64,000 nt of DNA from Octopus vulgaris (lineage: Eukaryota). The notes beneath the pieces are model-generated. The model worked only from the letters and a program-made list of their open reading frames with translations, did not search any database and had not been told where the DNA came from. A program made the position numbers and the translations under genes. Below are positions 54,101 to 64,000 of this stretch, piece by piece. Every line of letters starts with the position of its first letter. The stretch's first letter is position 1. The stretch covers positions 20,274,001 to 20,338,000 of the forward strand of contig OX597827.1 in NCBI GenBank assembly GCA_951406725.2, written 5' to 3'.

Positions 54101-56563
54101 ATTCTTGATGTTCATGAAAATAGCAAAGATTTGGTTTAAATAATTTGTGTATAGGTGAAAGATTGAGTTTATTGGTATTTTTGCATTTCATACAATGTTT
54201 AATTTTCCTAAAAACTGTTTTACCAAAATTATTCCATTCCAGGTAAAGGCCACCACTAACTACATTATCATCTTATTGCTTAGCAACAAGTGTGATACAT
54301 TTATAACATTTGCTGTTGTTTCAATACAGGATTGCTACCTAAAGACCCCCCAATTTTTTTTTTTATATAATGTTTATTAACCTAACCTAATTAGCTCTTG
54401 GATTAATGACTTTGTTGTTATATTTTGTATCGTTATCATCAGCATTTTAGTAAACTAAACACTTTCTTCTCATTTGTCTTTGCCATTAATGTATTTGCAA
54501 TGTCACTGGTTATTAAGTCTCGGGGGGGTGGGGCGAAAGGAAACACTTGTAACCTTCTTCTCTTGAGGGCAGTGATCTGCATTTACTGAATCCCTTTTAC
54601 TTTGAGGTATATGTAAATATTTTAGCCCTCCTTCTATCCATGCTACAGTTGGAAAGGTCTGTGCTATTTGGTATACCACCTCCCTCTGGTCAGAAGAAGA
54701 GGGACCAACTGGATGCCTCTGTTTCTAGTTTGTTTAGCGTTCGTAAATCATGTGCAGAAATGCAGCTTCTATTATTATATCTTCAAAAAAATTTTTCTTA
54801 ATCCAAATAACCATCAGAACGTTCAAGAGACCAGGTTGTTTCCTCTGCTAGTGTAGAATTCTGGAGTCTTGGAACCAATGACTGTTTCTCAAGACTGCTG
54901 CTCTTAGGTTAAGACTTTGTTTTGCAGGAAATTCTGAGGATGCTTGAAAATGTGGTCAATGGTCAGTGAGAGGTGTGAGTGAGTTCAGTTGATTAAAATT
55001 CTGTAGAATCCTTTGCAATATAAGCGCTTCTTTATTGTAATGCTGGATGTAAATTTTGTAGTTCTTGGTACATTTCTTTAATTTGCTGCTGTTAACAATC
55101 CCCCTCCCCTCCCTTGGAATTCCACTTGCCAACCAACCATGATGATAGCTTTTTGATGTAGTTAGGATTAAAGGGAAGCATTTTGGTCTTGCTGTCAGTC
55201 CAGCCATTGTTCAGGACATTGTTGGATGATGCCATGGTCAGTTGTCATATTTGAGGCTGAAGAGGCTCAAAAGAAATGTGGAGGAAAAGCATAATTCTCT
55301 GGCCAATACTTGGCAGTTCTCTTTTGAACTCCTATAATAAAATTGCTTGAATTTCCTTTTTCTTTTCTTTGACAGTCTGAAGAAATTAATACCATTAACA
55401 GAGATTTGTGGCCTAAAACTTGAACCTGAACTATTGAATAAAAGTTGATTCCAAGATAAGCGTCAAAGTTAATTAGCACAACTTGTAGTTGTTTTTGTTC
55501 TAATTGAGCAGAAAGGTACATTCATTTATCCCTTCCCAGTGAACCAAGATGAGCACCTCTCAGGGCACCGTGTTAAGCCCATGGGGCCAGTTTGTGCTAA
55601 TGTTGTGACTATGTAACTCCCTTTCATTGGTTTGTGGTGTGGCCTGCTTAACAAAGTCACTGAGAATAAGAAAGTATTGGGGATATGGTGATGATAGGGA
55701 CCAACGGGACAGGTGAGGTGGAGACACTCTAATAGAATAGGGATAATAAAATCAGTGATGTATTAATAACAACAACAAAAAAAAAGACTAAGAGAAAAAT
55801 GAAAATACAGAGATGGTGGAGCAGGGGAAAAAGAAAAGAGATGCTTCCAGTGATGATGATGGTAAATAGGGGTTGTGTTGGCAATGATGATATTGTTCTC
55901 TCCATTGAGATGTTTTTACTATCCATTCCTGATATTCCTGCGAGGCCAGTTTGTATACATTATTAATGAAACATCTACAAATGTATATAAGACAGGCACT
56001 GCCCATGGCCCTTTTCAGGTCTCTTAGTTTGATGAAAGAAAGGCAGAAAGAAATCTTTACTGAAACTCTTTCCCCTCCACTTTATTTAACTCTTGTGAAC
56101 AGCAAACTTCCTTATTTCACAAATCTAACATAAGTTTTTGTTTTAACTCTGACATTGCTCATGTAATCCTTTCTTCATCCAAATTTCTTGCTAGAATTGT
56201 CAAATTGGAACATTTTTATTGCAGTTTTTTTTTTTTTTTTTTGTGTAGTTGTTATTATTTGTGAGGTTGATGTTATAAAAATGTTATGGAAATCTGGTTG
56301 TTACTAAAATTGTCAGAAAATTCTTAAATAATAAAATCAAACTAAACTTTCTGTTTTTAAGAAAATGGTTCACTTTGTTCTCATCTTTTTTTTTTATTTG
56401 AATTTCATGTTTCTTTTATTAATTTTATTTCCTTTTGAATGTTTTTTTTTTTCCCCTGATTTGTGTGATTTTTGTTCTTTATTTTCTGTCTTGAACCATT
56501 TCGATGATTGTCTCTGCCTCTGACAACTATCATTGTTTTATTTTTCTCCACCTCTCATCACAG

Positions 56564-56635
56564 CTCATCCAAAGGGTTCTAAAGAAGACCTTCATGATTC
56601 AATACCAACAGTGACTGTAACCCCTGTCAGCGCTG
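56564..56635 (+). CDS. hts: Probable symmetric tail exon (72 nt, phase 1-1): (A)HPKGSKEDLHDSIPTVTVTPVSA
   Basis: Long pyrimidine tract ending ctcatcacag|, donor CTG|gtaatt; length divisible by 3; open in the required phase. Confidence 0.65.
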
Positions 56636-59600
56636 GTAATTTAGAGTTTATAGCATGCAGTTCAGTGCGGGTGATGGACCACGGGCAGTAATAGTTGTCT
56701 CTAAACACTAACTGTTCCTCATGCCCTTGGCCGAATTAACAACCTTTAACTGCTAACCTTCCCCCATCTCCCTGTGAACCCACTGCCCCTACCCATGTAG
56801 TAATGCTTCCTGTTGGCCCTGTTCAACCAGGGTAGTTAGTGTCATGTGTGACCGTATAGCTTTGAACCAGTCAACCATCAACTGTGCTTATGGTGCATGC
56901 AGTCTCCTCTCCTCTCATTTTCAAATCTAAAATGGACAAAGAATACCATCGCAACGTGTCTTTTAGGTGTTATTTTGTTTCCTTCTGTGACTTAAGCCAT
57001 GACAACTCTGCTATCATTGTTCTTATTCACTCGGGGTTTTTATTCTTTGCAAAACACTCAGATATCAGAGGGAGTGGGGAGAGGTTATTAAGTTATTGAT
57101 TGCTTTTCATAGATTTATAATTATTGATGTCAAAGCAATAATTGCTTTTTAATTAAAAAAAAAAATCTTTAAAATCCAAACTGATAAATATGAAAACGAA
57201 TTTCGTTGTCTCTTGTTCTACTGGAATCTCAGAGATGAAAGTGATTCACCATGTTGTAAGAATCTTGGGTTGACTGTTTAAGAATTTTGGTTTTCTTATG
57301 ACATTTATTTTTAAAAAAGTCAACTTCATGAAGCAAAGCAAAAAGATATATTCTAGTTGACGTATGTCGCTAATTGCAGTAAATATAGGATGAAATTTCG
57401 TTGTAACATCTTAGTTTATGAAAACAGTATTTAACAATTGTAATGTTTCACAAAGGGAAAACGAGGAGTTCCTTTCAAGACAGTATTGTGACAAAAGTGG
57501 TTGGAGTGTATTAAATCTAGTTGTGTTTTAGAAGGGAACCAAAGTATTAAGGGAAGCTAATATTCATGGACACTTCTAAATTGATGAATAATAAAAAAAA
57601 ATACATAAATTGATCTGAAGCTTTCGTTACCTTGGCTCTCAAATCGTATTTAATAACTCCTAAATTCAGAAACTAATTAAGGAGTCTTCAAGGCAGATAA
57701 CAAAGAAGGTCCCTCCTTATTTAACTGTCAAATAAAACCCTCTCAAGAACTTGACTATTTCTGGCAGGGATCATCTAAAAGAGTTTTCAGAAAGCCTCAT
57801 GTGTCACACTAAAGCTAAACAACTGTATTGAGGGACAAAGGGACCTTCTGAGTGATTTAAAGTGTGTGTTTTCATGTGAAGGACTTCAGCTTTATATTAG
57901 CAACTGTATCATCTTTAGGAGATTAAGATCCAGAAACCCTGGGCCCCTCTTCCTTATCCACCTTTCATCTCTCATTATCAAGTAGCTTTGCATGAAGGTT
58001 CTGCTTCTGTCATGTTTTTTTGGGTTGTTTTTCTTTGTTTAATCTGGTTTTGTCTGGTTTCCTCCTTTACTTACCGCTTCATCAGTATTGGCATGGCTTT
58101 CCTAAGGTATTCACCTGCCATAATGATATTTATTTAGGTTTTTGCAATTTAACCAAGCTTTTTTTTTTTCTTCTTCTTGGGTTTTGGTTGATAGTATTCC
58201 TTGGATAATTTCTATAATTTTTAACTCGTTCTCAATGTCACTGCCTGCTGCTTTTAATCTTTTGGGATATATCGCTTCTTTCCTAATGTGTTTTTCAAAT
58301 CGATGAAACATAATTGTTACAAGGTTGAAAATATTGAATATCTATTGTCTTATAGGAAAGATTAATTCCATATTAATGGTTGTAATTATCCATGTTCTTT
58401 GTTGCAGCAAACCTAATGAGTAACCACCTACTTTCCCAGACATTCCATGTTCTGGTGGTATTCAGAGATTTGTCATCTCTGAATATTTGAGATGAAGAAT
58501 TTTATCGGTTAGACATAGACTCTCTCGACTGCTCATCAGTCTTCAACAAGTTCTGGTCTTTACATTTTACCTGAGCTTCCTGTTTTCTTTACATTTTGCA
58601 GGACATTCCGTTCTCTTTGTTATTTGCACCATAAAAATGTATGAGTTTGTCTCTTTCAGGGACTGATTCCTTATTGAAACCTGAATTCAAAACCTAAAAT
58701 GGGGAAATAGTTCTTTATAAACTTGCAATAAATTTTCCTTCTATTTCCTTATCTTAACAAAAACAAAACAAGAAGCAATGCTTTAAATCCCTTTCTGAGC
58801 TTTCTATACCAAAAGATAGACACAACTTAGTATGGGTTAGTATAATTAGTATTGACCAACTGGGGAGAGTATTTCAAAGAAATGCTTAATCAACCTCTTT
58901 TTGCATTGAACAGTTTAAGGAGAGGCAAACAAAAGAGACTCAAACCAGTAAACACTTGGTGCTTCTTCTTCTTTCAAGTTAAAGAGGATCAATAATATAA
59001 ACCAGGTTTGAAGTCCCTCCCTTTGTCACAGATGCTTTCAACTGTACAACCATGCATTTCTTCTGAAAAGCTACCTACCCACATTCTTCAACAAGACACT
59101 TTTATAGTACCATACTATATTCTGGCCATAAGCTAAGAAGCTTATTATCAGTAATTCAGAAAGGCAGAATTGTGACTAGGCATGTTTATTGTTCTGTAAA
59201 TAAAAGGACATTTTAGTGGCGAAACCTCTTAAATTGACTCTTGGAGGTAATTGGATTCATTTAAAATGAAATAGTTTCCGTCAGTGTTTGAGAGCCAGAG
59301 TTTAGAGATACTTATTCATAACAGAAAATTAATAGAAAAACTGGTAAGAATTCTTTTGTTGTCTACATCCAATATTTCTTCCAGCAGAAAGAGGATTCCT
59401 CTCAACAAGCTTTGGAAGCTCCAATATTTACTAATTATATAATTATATACTTGTTGAGAAGAACTACAGTGACAGAATTCTTCAAAACTGGTTAAATTTG
59501 ATTATTTTATTTTATTTTTTTTGTTTCAGAGCTGTTGTTGTTTGCAGTAAACTCTATTTTCATTCTGTGAGATAATTTTTGTTTTTCAGGAGCAACTTCT

Positions 59601-60124
59601 GTTTTCTGTCTTTGCCAGTTTACTATTAACAGGCACCAAGTTTAGAATTGGTTGACCCAATTTGCTGATGTATTGGTGCTGAGCTTCTTTATTCCGGATT
59701 GTTAGAGCTTAGACTGTTTGATTTACTCATAGAATACATTGTAGAGTGGTGAGAGAATTAGTCATCAATCATTCATCCAACCGTTATTCAGTTCACTTCT
59801 CTTCTAAAGTGGATGATTAATTGTTGGCACTGATTAATTAATGATAAGTAAATAAATATCGGAGAGTAATTTGATATACTATCAATCTCTCTCTCTGTTA
59901 AAAATGGGGAAATATATTTATAAGAACTGCATAAAACTCAACTTAGATTTGCTTCATTTGGCATCTTTTGTGCCAAAGTTTCACCAGAAAATATAGGAGC
60001 TGGAAAATGATTTTAGAATGGTCAGAATTTGAAGCAACAATGGATTTGCCTTCATTCGTCTGGTATTTATTGTTTGTTTGTTTTAATTGGACTGAACACC
60101 AGATTAGAAATTCTGTCTTATTTG

Positions 60125-60350
60125 GGCACAAGGCCAGCAGATCTAAAGGGTAGAAGCAAGTCAATTACATTGACCCCCGCCACTACTTGACGGGATTTAT
60201 TTTATCAATCCTAAAAACTTGAAAGGCAAAGTCGACCTCAGCGGAATTTGAACTCAGAATGTAAAGACAGATGGAAATGCCCTTAAGCATTTTGCCCAGT
60301 ATGCTAACTATTCTGTCAGCTGGTCACCTTCAATAATAATAATAATAATC
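60125..60350 (-). mobile_element. SINE family 2, antisense
   Basis: gaaaggcaaagtcgacctcagcggaatttgaactcagaatgt is the reverse complement of the family 2 core. Confidence 0.8.
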
Positions 60351-60999
60351 ATACCACTAATTTGAAGTGAATGATGAGAGATGACTCAATATGATTCATT
60401 TAGATTCCTTATTTCTTCTACATTAAAAAAAAAGAAGCTGCAGCTATTCCAAGCACCTGTTGTCGTTAAATCAATTTTCATTAACAAACTCCTGCTGGTA
60501 TTGTTTCATGAGCCTGTTTGTTTGTTACGATTATTATTTGTTTTTATTTAATTGTTTAACTATTTAAGTGTAAATGTTTTGCCACACCAGAACTTTACCT
60601 TCCTCTCATCCATTTTGTACCAAATTCTTTCCTGCAACAACAACAACAGCATGCATCATATTACAAACGTCTTGTGTGATCACACTTTATTTACTAAACT
60701 CTTCCAGTGTTCCTTTTTCTTAAAATGTTTGTTTTGTACTTAACCCTTTCTATTTATCAAAACGTAGTCCAACTTTGGCCCAAACATTTCCAGAGCCATT
60801 TTTTTTTTTTCTTTAGAGATTAATAAAAAGTGATTTTTTTCTTTTACCTGCTCCCTTTCGATATCGATGTAAATATACCACTTACCATTCAGTATTTTTT
60901 ATACTGCTCATCATCATCAGAGGGGAACCTGGTGAGATAAATTTGACACTGTTGCTTTATGCAACACTCCATTCAGGTGTTTATCCTGTTGGCTCTTGT

Positions 61000-61270
61000 A
61001 ACTATCTTTCTGTTGCTGTTCCATCCTCGTATTATCTGGATCAGGCTTTTTTTTCCAACTCCAGAACTTATGACTTAGTTCAAGGATGGTTGGTGAAGAG
61101 ATGCCGAATCCATTCATGTGAAAGAAACGTGTGTGCAGAAAGGAGAAACTGGAAAAGAGACAGCAAAACAAGACGGCAGCTGATCTGAAGATGTACGGCC
61201 CCAATAAGGGGACGATGAGCTACTGTGCTGGAAGTCTGTCCTGTCTATTAATGATGAGATGATGATGATA
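61000..61270 (+). mobile_element. Probable LINE 3' end with (GAT)n tail
   Basis: ORF end ...VCAERRNWKR...TRRQLI* followed by a short UTR and a gatgat tail; family uncertain. Confidence 0.4.
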
Positions 61271-61408
61271 CTCAGCTGTCATTATCTAATACCTCTCTAA
61301 TCTAAATGGTCATCATTCGGTAATGAGATATTTCATAGTGTTTTAACTTCCTTCTCCTACTGGCTCGCTTTATAACTCTCTCTCTCTCTCTCTCACACAC
61401 ACACGTGC

Positions 61409-61442
<34 letters not shown>

Positions 61443-63186
61443 ATTGGAATGAACAAGTTATAAAACTAACGCTTGACTTGTTGGGGGAAGTATAAATATA
61501 ATGCTGTGGAGTAAAGTAAGTTGTGAAATTAGGAGAAGGAGTGGGGAGTATGTTGGTGACCGGGGGGGGGTAATTATGTAGGGGTGGGAGAAGGTCACAG
61601 GAAACCATTTTAGTTGTAAGGAAAAATGCACGAAATTTAATAATATTAATTAATGAGGCTGTTGCTACAGCTAGAGTGCAAAGTTAATTAAATTATGCAA
61701 ATAAGGAAATTTACATAACTCTAGAGAATAAGAGTCAATATAAAAATATATAAAAATGATAGCATTAATGGGCAAGAAAACCTATGACTGATGTGGGAAA
61801 TGAGTAGTTTGAGGCGTCTAGGGAGAAGGAAGAGAGAAAAGGATAAAAAAGGAAAATGAAGAATATAGACAAAGGAGGTGAGCTGTGAGAGTTGAATGTG
61901 TGATAAAGGAACCATTATGGGGCTTAAAAACTTATTTTGGGTCTGCTAAAAGGAATTCAAAGTGACAAACAGTTTTTTAGTTCTGTACCTACTCAACAAC
62001 ATCAATGTATTAAGTTAAATGACTGCAAAAGGTACAATAAATGATTGATAACAGAGATGGTTAAAGATGATTAAAGTTGAAATGTTAAGGTATGAATAAA
62101 GAAATAGACAATTGTTAGATGAATAAAATATAAGCAAATCTCAGTGGTGGTGGTCTTTACAGGCTGGATTAAAGTTAGAAAATGAAGTTGGTATCTTCAG
62201 AACAGACTTTTGGGTTTGTTGTGGATGTAAAATTGTAAGACACAAAGAAATTCTTTTCATGAGGTTTATTTAGAGATTACTTCCAGACATGGGTTTCTCT
62301 TGAGCATACACTGCAAGGTCTCATATTTTTGATTAGAAGAACGTTAAGTTCATACACAAATGGAAAACAGTCTTTGTGTGTGTGTACCAGAGAAAGAGGG
62401 ATGGGCAGAACAGTTTTGTAGTCGGACCTCACAAATGCTTACAGGTCCCGGGCTGCACAAAAGTAGTACAGAAGGTTCTTGAAAAACACCATGTGCTCAG
62501 TAAAACCAATAACTTCATTCCAGATTATTATTCCTGTTTTTGGATAAACACTGGTTTGGCACATGCATAAATACAGCAGCCCGAATTAGTGGAGGAGAAA
62601 TGCCAAGGATCTAGACAAAGACCAAGATGCAACAATCAATGATAGAAATTTTCAATGATGATTTGACTCAACGTCGTTATTAGTCACTGGTGGCAGGCAC
62701 TTCATGGGTAACAGTGGAATTTTAACCATCTCCACATCAACAGAACAATCAGTCGAGAACATTGTTGCTTGAAATACATGGGACTACCAACTGCAAAGTC
62801 AGCAGAGCCCTTAAGGTCTAGCATAGCAAGGTCAACAAATATAAGGTTGTCTTGTTATGTCAAGGCATCGTTATATGAGCTTACCAGTTCTGGTCAGTGG
62901 TCTTCGATATGATCAGCCATTTGAGATGGCTACAGAAGAGAATTTGTAGTGAAACAGAGTCCAGGGACCTCAAAGCAGTGTCAGATCCTGTTGAGCTGTT
63001 CAATTATTGCCAGTAAGGAAGACACACATTAAATGATGACGACGATGAGGAGGATAAGAATATATATATATATATATACATGCACACACACACACAAGTA
63101 AACAAAAAAAAGGTGGAAAAAATAGTACTCGACTGCCAAAGATAAAGTAAAAGCTATTTTATTAAAGCTGAAAAAAATCTTCACAG

Positions 63187-63226
63187 ATTGTTACTCAGTT
63201 TCACATGGCTGTTCATCAAACAGTTG
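63187..63226 (-). ncRNA. Near-complete minimal type I hammerhead-ribozyme motif (Penelope-like remnant)
   Basis: Minus strand: actgt-TTGATGA-ACA gcca TGT-GAA-ACT g AGT-A-acaat; a single C-to-T change in the CUGAUGA box. Confidence 0.6.
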
Positions 63227-63860
63227 CAATAATATTGAATCATAAAAAAAGATAGATGTATACATGTCTAAAATATATATTTTATGTATATAATATATTA
63301 TGTGTATATTTGTTTAAATATTATCATCATTTATATATAACATATATCTTGATGATGTTTATGATATACATACACATTTTATCTATTTAAAGTTATTAAT
63401 GAGGGAATACCAATTTGAACAAAATACTTGATAAGCGTATGCTTATGGAAGAGTCCGAGATTATAGTTCATCACCATTCTATTTTGTAAGTCCATAGTCT
63501 ATTTACATATCTATCTATTGATTGATCGATCCATCTATCTACCTACCACTTCCAGCCAAACTGTTTAACCGATGCTAGCATGGAAAACAGAAGCTAAATG
63601 ATGACGATGATGATGATATATGTGTGTGTGTGTGTGTATATACACAGACACACACACACTTTTTGTACACTTACCATCAAAAACCGTCTTGAGTTATAAA
63701 AGAAAATGGCTTTGGGTTATTTGTTTTCATTTCAATGTTGTTTGGGTTTATGAGAAAAGTTACTTTCAAAAAGTTGGCCTACTTTTGATAAAACACAAAT
63801 ATTCCTCTTTGTTGAATCTCTGTGCATGTGTCCTACACCATTTATCTGCATGTTTGCCAG

Positions 63861-63923
63861 CTTCACTTCCAACTGTAAGTGTCCAGCGAGCTGAATCTGA
63901 GAGGCAGCCACACACACCAGAAA
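63861..63923 (+). CDS. hts: Probable symmetric tail exon (63 nt, phase 1-1): (A)SLPTVSVQRAESERQPHTPE
   Basis: Acceptor tgtttgccag|, donor AAA|gtaagt; length divisible by 3; open in the required phase. Confidence 0.6.
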
Positions 63924-63945
63924 GTAAGTCACTTTCAGTCACGCA

Positions 63946-63976
<31 letters not shown>

Positions 63977-64000
63977 CCCCCTCTTTCTACAGATGTGTGT

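Noticed and set aside
61540-61595. G-run cluster (possible G-quadruplex)
   Set aside because: Long irregular loops within low-complexity purine-rich sequence; no functional context.
62200-63055. GC-richer stretch with a GAT/GAC tail, similar in character to 26800-27130 and 4890-5300
   Set aside because: Likely old retroelement debris, but too decayed to assign from the sequence alone.

Overview
AT-rich, microsatellite- and transposon-rich eukaryotic (animal) genomic DNA. The repeat families look like those I recall from octopus/coleoid cephalopods (inference from pattern recall, not a search). The whole window lies inside one large plus-strand gene encoding adducin (hu-li tai shao/hts, ADD1-3 family). 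I reconstructed 11 GT-AG exons (3285-37910, 1578 nt) that splice in phase into one stop-free frame covering the class II aldolase-like head, the neck and the start of the tail. The 5' exons lie upstream of the window. The basic MARCKS-like C-terminal motif is not seen, so the canonical last exon probably lies downstream. After the phase-1 donor at 37910, a 26 kb region holds several phase-1-compatible candidate exons: alternative last exons (one ending HTAV*, a class I PDZ-ligand pattern, followed by a UTR-like stretch with a ~560-nt fold-back), two symmetric cassette exons with PxIxIT-like motifs, and a symmetric 174-nt exon blocked by a single TAA. Introns carry decayed CR1, RTE and R4/Dong LINEs, two tandem DD37D (maT) transposons, piggyBac- and hAT-type MITEs, two SINE families, and two degenerate minimal hammerhead-ribozyme motifs. 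Most short ORFs in the track are noise.
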